A DNA stretch of 36,622 nucleotides from Octopus bimaculoides. Lineage: Eukaryota. The notes under the pieces were generated by a model. That model did not search any database. It was not told where the DNA came from and saw nothing but the letters and a program-made list of their open reading frames with translations. Made by a program: the position numbers and the translations under genes. Position 1 is the first letter of the stretch. Each line of letters opens with the position of its first letter. The stretch covers positions 135,113,473-135,150,094 of the forward strand of contig NC_068983.1 in the NCBI RefSeq assembly GCF_001194135.2, in the 5' to 3' direction. Positions 22,484 to 33,860 of this stretch are shown here, one piece after another.

Positions 22484-23566
22484 NNNNNNNNNNNNNNNNN
22501 NNNNNNNNNNNNNNNNNNNNNNNNNNNNNNNNNNNNNNNNNNNNNNNNNNNNNNNNNNNNNNNNNNNNNNNNNNNNNNNNNNNNNNNNNNNNNNNNNNNN
22601 NNNNNNNNNNNNNNNNNNNNNNNNNNNNNNNNNNNNNNNNNNNNNNNNNNNNNNNNNNNNNNNNNNNNNNNNNNNNNNNNNNNNNNNNNNNNNNNNNNNN
22701 NNNNNNNNNNNNNNNNNNNNNNNNNNNNNNNNNNNNNNNNNNNNNNNNNNNNNNNNNNNNNNNNTATATATATATATATATATATATTGGTCATTCTTAG
22801 TTTTGTTAAGTATGTAGATGTTTCTCTAATAAATCTAATAGGACTGACATATGCCCGCTGCTTTCATGAGTTAACTTTAGTTATCAAATCCACTTCAATT
22901 TGAGTTGTTTATGTTGTCCTAAAATTTCGATCAACTGACATTATTGGAGACAACTCTCTTGTTTGTTGCTTTTACACTTTAAATACGCCTAGAGGAAGTT
23001 TTTGTCTACTGGTTGCATGAATACTCTCAACAAATCGAAGTTTTTCAGCTCACTATATTATATATTTTATGTGAGACTTTATTAAAAGCTATAATGACAA
23101 TAAGAAATTAATCTTCTTTAAAAATAACTGGTGTGCAGATAATGTAATTGCCCTCTAGCTCAATGTTGCTATGACAACTACTACTGTCAAAGCTATGTCT
23201 CCGCCGCCACCACACATCCTGTGCCACTACTACAATACAATAACGACCTTCTAAATTTAAAAACAAACAAAAGGTATATTAGGCAAAGGAAACAAAATCA
23301 TTTAAAGAAACATGAAAGACATTTTCCTCTAAAAGATTTCTTATTCATAAACAAATGATTCTCTTGGAATAATGTATTGGAACTTTTCCAAGATTTACGG
23401 ACGTCTGTCTATAAAATATTCACGTCATATTATTCAAACGTGTTTTGGTAATTGTTATTTTGAATTAAGAGTGAGCCGAGACATATATGCTTGGCGATTA
23501 TATGTCAGGACATTATAGCAGTATACTTGCTGGTATACTCCAGTTTTCACCATTTCTTTATTCTAG

Positions 23567-23741
23567 ATACGACAGCCCCCATAAGAACGCTCGGCGTCCT
23601 TATATCAAGCAGCCAAATCTCTCTCAAATTACATTCCACCGTCCAAAAAAACAAAGAAATGATGTTGTTCTAGATACATTATCCCTGAGTAAAATGCCGA
23701 ATGGTCATAATTGGAACGCTTTTAACAATAAATCTGCTTGA
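23567..23741 (+). CDS. Candidate terminal exon (YDSPHKNARRPYIKQPNLSQITFHRPKK...NKSA*; alternative frame ends at 23673)
   Basis: Strong TTTTCACCATTTCTTTATTCTAG acceptor; 57 open codons in AT-rich surroundings. Confidence 0.45.
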
Positions 23742-24937
23742 TTAGGACTGACATGGTACTGTAACATTTTTTCGGTACTTGAATATTCCGAGACATATTC
23801 TATTTCTCTAGAGCTGACCTACCCTATACACATTATTCTTTTTCACCAACTAAATGACAAGCATACATGCCAGATAGCTGAGTGGCTATGACATTGAACT
23901 AACTGTTCAAAAATTCACTTTTACGTTTCATTATACCCCGAGGGAGCGCACTTAATTCAACAGGCTTCAGTTATTTATGCTGTCTAGAAGTTACCATGAT
24001 CTTCTGGGAATGCCTCCTGGGAATGGTTATAGATTACTGTCCTATCAGACAGGAGTAGGACTTCTGTGTCATCGCTTTACGTTTCTGAATCTGCTAGTTA
24101 GCACTGCTTTTGTTAGTCGCTCTTGTTTGTGACTGTTTAGCCCTATGTTAATCTTGATTAAGCAAGTGTGTACTTGAAAGTATATCAGTCGTACGTTATA
24201 TGTTTTGGACTACATTATTCAATGTGATTTTCATTGTTTAAGAAAGCAGATTTGATTTGAAAGTAATTCAGCTGTTACTTCTATTATGCCGAGCAACTAC
24301 ATAGAGACTCTCCGGTGGATTTTTTTTAGCTTTGTTAGTCGTTGTAGTTAGTGGAGAACTTAATATTATTTCTTTTTAATCAAATATCAACATTTCTGTA
24401 TGAAATATTAAAGAAAGATCGAACAATCTTAAAAATTTTATTCCATTCCCTCAAATAATTTAGCTATATAATATAGATAAATGTGATATTTAGATGAAAT
24501 TTCAACATCGAACTTCATCGCAGTATTCATGTTTTAAAATATATTCTTTGTTGCAATTTGTTGAGCTTGTACGAAATGCTCTGTAAAGCATTGTTTCGTT
24601 GAAATGCCATTGGGTACTTAGACTTCATAAAGTGATTCAAGGGGATATGCTGGATACTTTCCAATTACCTTCTACAGAAACATCGAACGATACGTAGCTT
24701 AGAAGCATGTCACAGGTGCTGTGAGAGGGTTTGAAGTGGTCTTTTAGCATCGGTGATGCAGAAATTGTAACATTAACGATAATCGTAATTTTCTTGTGCA
24801 TCCAGATTGTAGTAAAACTGTGGTCAAATTGCAGACTCTGAAAGTTATTTTGTTATTCCCAGTATCAGGTTTCAGCCGGATTTTAAAGTATTAACTATAA
24901 AGATGAAAATCAATAGAAACCATCAATGAGCAGAGAT

Positions 24938-24995
<58 letters not shown>

Positions 24996-25693
24996 ATGTA
25001 TGTGCATGTGTGTGTGTGTGTGTATTATCAAACAATTTGGTCGCCCCTGCTGTGGTGTAAGTTTTAAAAGTCTTACAGGAACCTAATGCTCCCCACCTCA
25101 TTTCGTGGTATTTAACTCTCAATAACACGATCAGTTGAGGAAAATCTCTACACCATCGTTCGACATAAAAGATATAACAACCAAATCCGACTCAAGTCCT
25201 TCACTATCATCTTAAAATTGAGGGACACATTTGGTAACGTCGCTCAGTATACATTATATATATATATAACCTTTGTTTTTTAAAATTTTCTTTGTGAAGT
25301 GCGCTATTAATTTTTTATGTAACCTCCATTGTACCGTAAATAAGTGAAAGGCGATTGCGAACCAGAGAGGAACACCAATCTATTACAACATTGCAAGCTA
25401 ATAAAATATTCATCTGCTAAACAGTGCACTCACCGACTACATTGCTATTTGATTCTTTTCGTGGAATATTACTACTACTAGCTAACCATTTTGAGAAGAC
25501 ATTTTACAATTTATATTTAAATGAAATCATTTTAGATATTTTTATACTTTATATTTAAATGAAATCATTTTAAACATCTCTCATTATTTTTCTTGTTTCT
25601 CGTATTTTATGAACCAACATATTTATCACTATCTTCTTCACCTACAGATCTATCAATTGTTGTTTGGTAGTAGGCTTAATCCGTTGCTTAGTT

Positions 25694-25800
25694 TTAATGC
25701 CACTGCTTGGCCTTAAATTGAGTGCACTCTGTTGCAAGCATTCGCGCAGGTTTTTCCGTCAGAAGATAACTTATCTCTTCTCTCATCAATTTCTGAGACC
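25694..25800 (-). CDS. Candidate terminal exon of an 82-aa minus-strand ORF (SQKLMREEISYLLTEKPARMLATECTQFKAKQWH*)
   Basis: CTCTTGGCCTTTTTTTTAG acceptor; phase 1 matches the upstream exon; 34 codons then TAA. Confidence 0.55.
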
Positions 25801-26462
25801 CTAAAAAAAAGGCCAAGAGCGTTTCTCTGCTTTCTCTGATTAAGCCATAAAAACAAAAAGAAAAAAAAAAAGCAGGTTACATCTGAGGAGATATGACATT
25901 AAAGCATTATAAAACGATTAGGATTAGTTAATCGATCATTTATTTATCGCATGCAAAAGTAATTAAAAGTAATTGCATCACTTTTCTCAACCAAAAGTGT
26001 TTGTCAATAACAAATCAATTGTAATATTTTCAAGGGAAGATGTTAGTACGGATATGCTTTTCCATGGGACATTAAAGACATGTAATGGTTATAACTTTGA
26101 AGTGAAACTGGATCGCAGTTGTTTCTTTAGGAGCTAAACTTCTCTCCAATGCTCGCTGATTAAGAGATGAACTAAATCTTCCAAGAGGGTAAAAGTAATT
26201 TATAACTTTGGGCAAGCCTAACTTGACATTTCTAACACACAGGGTAATAAACCGTTTCAGCTGTAATATGAAAACCTACGTGATTACTAATTTATTGCTA
26301 TTTTGAACCGGGATGTTAAACAAATCTGTCTACTAGTAGGCGAAGGTTAAAAGAAATACGCCAAATAAATAACCAAACAGCTCTTTGGAGAAAGTTAACA
26401 TTCTTGATAAACTAATTCGTTCGCTAACGTTTCTCCTTTGCCTAGTTTTGGAATCAGTTTAC

Positions 26463-26552
26463 TTTTTGTTCTGTACAGTTTATCTGGCTTTTCCTCAAGC
26501 ATTTTCTTCTTACGTTTCAGCGCGATAATTATATCTCTTGCCAGATTTTCTA
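26463..26552 (-). CDS. Candidate middle exon of the 82-aa ORF (ENLARDIIIALKRKKKMLEEKPDKLYRTK)
   Basis: TTCAG acceptor with a T-rich tract about 25 nt upstream, A|GTAAAC donor, 90 nt, phase 1-1. Confidence 0.5.
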
Positions 26553-26953
26553 CTGAATTTCATATTCACAAGATGCTTTTAATAAAAATATAAAAAAGAA
26601 AGAAAAAATTTTTAGTCTTTTGTTTTATATATTTTCTTTTGTTTCTCTTACACCATCTGTTACAGTTATACAACTTCTAGTCTTTCAGTATCAAAACTAG
26701 TTGTGATAAGCGCACAACTAAAGATGCTGTATCAAATACAGTCAATTATAACTCTCCTATGCTACAATAGTTACAAGAAGAGTTGAACAGCCTTACGACG
26801 CAGACGTTCCCTAAAAACACTGAGTGACGCTGAAGACAACCTTCTGCTAATAGACAGAGGATCTGGACCAAGCTGGAAAGATATGAAATGGTAATAGGAG
26901 ACCAGATTAATCGCAAAAAAAGCCAGTGTTTGTCCATTCTCTTAATGTTATAC

Positions 26954-27005
26954 TTAAAGCGCTTGGATTTGGGTTCAGTCCAAACCACTTGGCGGATAGG
27001 AACAT
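26954..27005 (-). CDS. Candidate start exon CDS of the 82-aa ORF (MFLSAKWFGLNPNPSAL); exon acceptor at 27047
   Basis: CTTCCTTTCAG acceptor, in-frame upstream TAA, ATG at 27005, TTAA|GTATAA donor in phase 1. Confidence 0.4.
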
Positions 27006-27269
27006 TGATGTAGTGCCGCGCAGTGTTTAATTTGACGTAGAAATAGACTGAAAGGAAGATATCTCTAAAAGATCCGTTGAAAGTGACGAACACCTACTTC
27101 ACTTCGGTGATGTACTACCGTTTCTAATGACTATTGAGCAGATAGGAAGTGTGTAGGTTCGCTTCTGCAAGAAGTGATAAAATCCCCTAGTCGGAAATGC
27201 TACCTGCTGCCAATATTTTCTCCGATGTGGTCACAGGTGACAAATGTTACCTAACTATGCACTGAGATT

Positions 27270-27297
27270 CCAATTGTGACGTAAGCTTCCTGATTGG
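27270..27297. promoter_or_regulatory. Compact motif cluster: CCAAT, TGACGTAA (CRE-like), CTTCCTG (ETS-like), ATTGG
   Basis: Four recognisable motifs in 28 bp, about 225 bp upstream of the minus-strand exon at 27047. Confidence 0.45.
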
Positions 27298-27508
27298 TGT
27301 GCAGGTGTGATCTTTATTTAATAGTCATACTACATCACCGTTCGTCTTTTAAGCAAAGCTGTAGCCCTGAATCAAGCATAGCCTGAAAAGTGGAGATAGG
27401 TACCAGGAAAGCTGCTAGACACTCAAGGAGGCCATTCGCATGAATTTAGATAATAGAAGTTAAAGCTTAGTGCATTGAAAAATATATATTAGCAACAGAG
27501 GCGACAGG

Positions 27509-27772
27509 TGTCGCGATTAGCCAGTGAGCTTGTTAAAGAAGACATATTAGCGACAGAGGCGGTATTAACACGGAGAGAATATTTATTTTCTCTTAAACGT
27601 GAACGTTCTATTAAAGCCTCAATGAGAGTTTCTCTCGTGCCATTTACCCCATTAAAGTTTGTTCTAACAGAACATTCTCATTTAAGGGGGGATAAATATT
27701 ACCTCTCGATATTAATACTGCCACTGTCACTAATATATATATTTTTAACAAGCTTACTGGCCAATCGCGACA
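27509..27772. repeat. About 60-bp inverted repeat (27509-27568 / 27712-27772)
   Basis: Arms align by eye at over 80 percent; the spacer holds one copy of an ~85-bp direct repeat also at 27958-28042. Confidence 0.8.
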
Positions 27773-28300
27773 ACAGTGCTTGTTCGAGCATTGGTTTTCT
27801 ATATATCGTTTGCTATATCTAGCGGTCGAGCGTCCATCACCGATGAGACCAAGGAAGGTCGAAATCACGTGATTTGGAGGTCTCAGTGCTGCAGTTGGTG
27901 GGAAGTTATCTCCCCGCTAGCGATATAAACAAGTGCTCATTTTGCACCAAAACCTTTATGAGAGTTTCTCTCATGGCATCTACCGCAATAATGTTTGTTT
28001 TAACAGAACATCCGCGTTTAGGTGGGAATAAGTATTACCTCTTAGGGTACTGAATATCGTACATTACTGTTTAACTTCATTATCCAAGTTTACGCCAAAT
28101 GTCTTCGAGTAATTTTTTTATCGCTCTTTTAATTTTGATGCAAATCAACTCTGGATAAAATATACCTAATTGTAGTGTAACTTTTTATCTGCTGACAAGG
28201 TGAGACTGTAAGTCTGTACTATACTTATGAGATCTAACTGACCGATGCATATGTTCAGAAGTGCCTCTTGCCTTTAACAATTATCAGTTTTATATATATA

Positions 28301-28482
28301 TCATCATCATCATCATCATCGTTTAACGTCCGCTTTCCATGCTAGCATGGATTGGACGATTTGACTGAGGACTGGTGAACCAGATGGCTACACCAGGCTC
28401 CAATTTGATTTGGCAGAGTTTCTACAGCTGGATGCCCTTCCTAACGCCAACCACTCCGAGAGTATAGTGGGTGCTTTTACGT
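28301..28482 (-). mobile_element. RTE-related SINE 3' fragment with (GAT)n tail
   Basis: Minus strand has GGAAGGGCATCCAGC (RTE 5'-derived motif) and ends GGAAAGCGGACGTTAAACGATGATGATG; truncated by (TA)n and a gap. Confidence 0.75.
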
Positions 28483-29498
28483 ATATATATATATATATAT
28501 ATATATATNNNNNNNNNNNNNNNNNNNNNNNNNNNNNNNNNNNNNNNNNNNNNNNNNNNNNNNNNNNNNNNNNNNNNNNNNNNNNNNNNNNNNNNNNNNN
28601 NNNNNNNNNNNNNNNNNNNNNNNNNNNNNNNNNNNNNNNNNNNNNNNNNNNNNNNNNNNNNNNNNNNNNNNNNNNNNNNNNNNNNNNNNNNNNNNNNNNN
28701 NNNNNNNNNNNNNNNNNNNNNNNNNNNNNNNNNNNNNNNNNNNNNNNNNNNNNNNNNNNNNNNNNNNNNNNNNNNNNNNNNNNNNNNNNNNNNNNNNNNN
28801 NNNNNNNNNNNNNNNNNNNNNNNNNNNNNNNNNNNNNNNNNNNNNNNNNNNNNNNNNNNNNNNNNNNNNNNNNNNNNNNNNNNNNNNNNNNNNNNNNNNN
28901 NNNNNNNNNNNNNNNNNNNNNNNNNNNNNNNNNNNNNNNNNNNNNNNNNNNNNNNNNNNNNNNNNNNNNNNNNNNNNNNNNNNNNNNNNNNNNNNNNNNN
29001 NNNNNNNNNNNNNNNNNNNNNNNNNNNNNNNNNNNNNNNNNNNNNNNNNNNNNNNNNNNNNNNNNNNNNNNNNNNNNNNNNNNNNNNNNNNNNNNNNNNN
29101 NNNNNNNNNNNNNNNNNNNNNNNNNNNNNNNNNNNNNNNNNNNNNNNNNNNNNNNNNNNNNNNNNNNNNNNNNNNNNNNNNNNNNNNNNNNNNNNNNNNN
29201 NNNNNNNNNNNNNNNNNNNNNNNNNNNNNNNNNNNNNNNNNNNNNNNNNNNNNNNNNNNNNNNNNNNNNNNNNNNNNNNNNNNNNNNNNNNNNNNNNNNN
29301 NNNNNNNNNNNNNNNNNNNNNNNNNNNNNNNNNNNNNNNNNNNNNNNNNNNNNNNNNNNNNNNNNNNNNNNNNNNNNNNNNNNNNNNNNNNNNNNNNNNN
29401 NNNNNNNNNNNNNNNNNNNNNNNNNNNNNNNNNNNNNNNNNNNNNNNNNNNNNNNNNNNNNNNNNNNNNNNNNNNNNNNNNNNNNNNNNNNNNNNNNN

Positions 29499-29581
<83 letters not shown>

Positions 29582-30258
29582 ACAGTTAGTTATATACGGT
29601 TGTAAGTGTTCACACAAAATATGCAAAAGTGTTCACATCTGTTCTGCAAATGTGAAAAGTATTTTTTAAAACGCCAAAATGGGATATTTAAGGATAATTA
29701 TTTCGAAACTTTCTACTTCTCGAACTAAACTAGAAATTCACAGCTGTATCTTTGATTATCACTTTATGTTACAATCAGTCTGGGTTGTAATGAAGAAAAT
29801 CTGAGATTTTCAGGCAAGGAACTGTATCAGCTAATAATGGTCCTTGCTGTTACAAACTTCATATGGAATAGTAGAAATATACAAGACTTCCCAAAAACTT
29901 GACATAGAATTCTTCACTATTATTTTTATTTAAATTCTAGTGACGGAACTTTGTTTCTTTGTTAGAAAGCAGCTCCTTATTTGTACCATCATCGTCGTTG
30001 TCGTCATCATCATCTGGTATCATCCACTCGTAGCAGGTTGAATACTATCGTCACTGTCTCAATCTTCTATCTTTATACATATTATTGGTACGTCTTGATA
30101 TCCATCCCCATAATTAACGGCTACCTCTTCCTCTTTTCTCATTATTTTGCCCTTTATTATCAGTTTTTGTAATCCGTTTGTCTAATTAATAGTCCAAAAT
30201 ATTTTAGAGTTTCTCTTTGATGATAATTTTTTTTTAGTTTTTGTCATTCTTCATTAGG

Positions 30259-30301
<43 letters not shown>

Positions 30302-30835
30302 TTTCCATGATGTCTGGTAGTTAAGNNNNNNNNNNNNNNNNNNNNNNNNNNNNNNNNNNNNNNNNNNNNNNNNNNNNNNNNNNNNNNNNNNNNNNNNNNN
30401 NNNNNNNNNNNNNNNNNNNNNNNNNNNNNNNNNNNNNNNNNNNNNNNNNNNNNNNNNNNNNNNNNNNNNNNNNNNNNNNNNNNNNNNNNNNNNNNNNNNN
30501 NNNNNNNNNNNNNNNNNNNNNNNNNNNNNNNNNNNNNNNNNNNNNNNNNNNNNNNNNNNNNNNNNNNNNNNNNNNNNNNNNNNNNNNNNNNNNNNNNNNN
30601 NNNNNNNNNNNNNNNNNNNNNNNNNNNNNNNNNNNNNNNNNNNNNNNNNNNNNNNNNNNNNNNNNNNNNNNNNNNNNNNNNNNNNNNTATATATATATAT
30701 AGTTTTTTCATGCTGTCTTTTACTGTCTTGTTCTCACTATCCTGTTCTTGTTTACACTTTCACCCTCCGCAAAAAATTCCAAACTTAATTAATTTGTTTT
30801 TGTGGGAATGAGAACTCAGGTTCGAAATTCCCCCA

Positions 30836-30882
30836 GGACACCTGATGACCGCTGGAGAGTACATCAACCGAAACGTTGTGTT
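30836..30882 (+). ncRNA. Degenerate minimal type I hammerhead ribozyme of the Penelope pLTR/retrozyme type
   Basis: GACAC-CTGATGA-[ccgctgg...tcaacc]-GAAA-CG-TT-GTGTT: intact core boxes, stem I GACAC/GTGTT, palindromic ACGT stem III; stem II has mismatches. Confidence 0.6.
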
Positions 30883-31376
30883 AACAACAAACAAGATGAG
30901 GACAAATATCCGTCAAATGTAAGTAATGTAAATAATGTACAGATTAATTAGGTTAGGAATTAAGGAATTAAGGAATTTGATTCCTTAATTTAAGCCTATT
31001 TTTATATCTCTCCCCTTGTCTTTAGAATCTAGTTCGTCAGATTTGAATGTAGTGTGCGATATAGTAATTTACAAAGCATGTAATAAATGTATAAATGCTT
31101 TTAAATGAATAGATTAACATTTATTGGTTTTCAAACGTTTGTATACGTGTTGGACACTGTATGTATGTAAGTACGTATACGGCTGATGACGAAAAGAAAT
31201 ACACGACACAATATGATAAATTGCTCCGGGCATTAAAATAGCAGGTAGTAAATAGTTGTAGCAGCATTGCAGTTGCTGTTACTGTTGATATTTCTTGGTT
31301 GTGGTACTACTGCTGTTGCTACCGTTGTTGTTATTGTTGCCGTTGAACCCAAAGATGGCCTTAAGCGAGCAAACCT

Positions 31377-31460
31377 ATAATCCAAGACGCTCCATCAGTG
31401 ACTATCCCATCTTTTTTCATAATCCAAGACGTTCCATCAGTGACTATCCCATCTTTTTTC
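31377..31460 (+). repeat. 42-bp tandem duplication (41/42) inside a probable SINE tail remnant
   Basis: ATAATCCAAGACGYTCCATCAGTGACTATCCCATCTTTTTTC x2. Confidence 0.95.
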
Positions 31461-32479
31461 AGACATACATTATGAAAAGCATTCTCTTGCATAAAGACGG
31501 TTGTGCGTTATTTGAATGAGATTTGGTTAGTATTTCTAGCAGATCGAGCTATCGCGTGTAAGCTCCTACTTTGACGGCAACAGTGTGAAGGTCGGTAGTG
31601 TCGACAGAATGCTAGGAAGTAGGAGAATCAAAACTGGCAATACGATCAAAGTAAATCAATAAGCTGGTATTGATGGAACATTAGTTGGGAAACGCAAACA
31701 ACTGAAGGATATTAAGAATGTGACTATTTATAGACTAAAATCGATTTCTGTCGACAGAAAGTGAAAAGGAGAATTCTTCGAAAACGTTGATGGCGGTTAC
31801 CTCATTTCTAGAGCTATAAAAACGTATTAAAACTAGTTATATAATGTAATAATGCATCTATCAACCCATCAATCCGGTTCTTTCAAACAATCTATTGACC
31901 CGTTATTTTTCCTATCTGTCCGTCTGTCTGTCTGTCTGCATGCCTGCCTGTTAAACCACAATGCAATAGGTTTTAGTATTCTATAGAACAGTAATTGGTT
32001 ACTAAGTACAGTATTTAGCATTAATAAGTATGAATAAATTGTTCGTGTGTCTGCATTTGTTGTAAATTATTTTAGAAAAATGAATTACATTTAGATGTTA
32101 TCGTCTTCGAAGAAAATTCGATTATTCTCTACACGTACATAAATACATTTTTTCTTTTACCCCGACTTCGTCTTTCATAAGATTAGCCAAGAAAGGAGAG
32201 CCAAAAGAAAGGAATGATGATAGATGTGGTAGAAGGTGAAAAAGGAAATGAGAGAGAAAAAAGCATGAAATAAAACTAAAGAATAGAAGTGGAAGATAGA
32301 AGTGGAAGATAGAAGAACTATGTGCATATATTAAATATCAATGTATTATACTTGGTTAAGTTATGAGATCTTTAAAGCACATAAATTGACCTCTAAAAAC
32401 AGGGAAGCAAATTCCATTCCAGTTTGTAAGATATTGCCTCCTTTATGCCTTCATCTATCTTGTATGAATGTTACACACA

Positions 32480-32512
<33 letters not shown>

Positions 32513-33159
32513 TAATAAATGGCAAACAGACATACACACATATTAGCGCAAACACACTATCTTAAAGATGGCGAGTTTAGCACTGATATTGAGTTTTGTG
32601 TAAAGTGATATATTAAATATATTAAAATAGTATAAGAGTCATTGAGTTAGCGAATGAATATCGATAACACTTCCATTTACTTACTTGTCATGGTTGCGTG
32701 GAATACCATAATCCTCATTGAAGTAAAAAGGTAAATGCTTTTAGGGTAATTAGTTGGAAAGAGGGATCTGAACCATGTAATTTAAACCCCAAATATTCAT
32801 CAGACCGCCTCGACACCTTCAAAGAAAATCACATTAGATACAAAATCACAATAATCACAAACCTAAATATCACAATTAACACTAACCTAAACGCATTTAA
32901 CCTCTTTAAGATTGTGCTAAACCAGCACATTAATAGCTATCACCCCTTCAGAGAACCGAAAGTTGATACATGCGGCCACAAATTGCGAAAGATTTTGCTG
33001 TATTTCAGATCTGATTTGTTTTCGATGATATCTGACCCACTGCAACATTACATCTACAATTCTGCAATACACCTGAACTATCAGCTCATTGAGTTAACGT
33101 ATAGATGGTTGAGTATTCCGTAATCACGTGCATCTTTAACGCTGCCCTCGGGCGTGATA

Positions 33160-33350
33160 TGCTTGGATGTTTAAATTACAGGTACAATCCATCCGACGGT
33201 TTTTCATGCAGTATTCCTCCACTGAATTCACCCACAAGGATCTCGTCGATCTCAGGCTAAGTTAATTAAAAGCTATTTGCTTAAGATGTCATGCAGTGGA
33301 ATTCAACCCGAGACCTCATGATTGCGCTGCGGACTTTTTAACCATTCACT
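33160..33350 (-). mobile_element. Old family A-related SINE 5' part
   Basis: CACCCACAAGG...TTTGCTTAAGATGTCATGCAGTGGAATTCAACCCG is the diverged reverse complement of the 2106-2250 head and core. Confidence 0.6.
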
Positions 33351-33359
33351 GTGTATTTG

Positions 33360-33371
33360 CACGCGCGCACG

Positions 33372-33419
<48 letters not shown>

Positions 33420-33548
33420 CATACATTCTATGCGTAAATGTTGGTATTTTTTAATCAATACTTCGCCATCAATTCTGGTTTGGTGACTATATGTACACAC
33501 GTGTGTATGTGTGTGTGTGTATAGTATATAAAAAATTCACATTCACAT

Positions 33549-33595
<47 letters not shown>

Positions 33596-33860
33596 ATACA
33601 CACATGCATACATGCATACGTACATACGTGTATACATGCATGCATGTATACATACAAAAATACATACATACATACACACACACGCACACAAACATACATA
33701 CATGCATGCATGCATGCATACATACATACATACGTACGTACATACATACAACAATACATACATACATACATACATACATACATACATACATGCGTACATG
33801 CATACATGCATACTCACATATATCTTTGTATGTTTGTATGTATATGAATATGTCTATAGT
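33360..33860. repeat. Compound (CA)n, (TG)n, (CT)n and (TACA/TGCA)n low-complexity block; similar block at 34925-35090
   Basis: Direct reading; explains the MYVC/HTYI pseudo-ORFs. Confidence 0.95.

Noticed and set aside
26746-27093. 115-aa minus ORF as a single-exon gene
   Set aside because: It has a non-ATG start and runs through a good acceptor; its frame meets a stop when spliced to the next exon, whereas the alternative frame chains cleanly
28410-29669. Longest ORFs in the track (419 and 372 aa) and the other X-filled ORFs
   Set aside because: They are open only because they span N gaps and microsatellites
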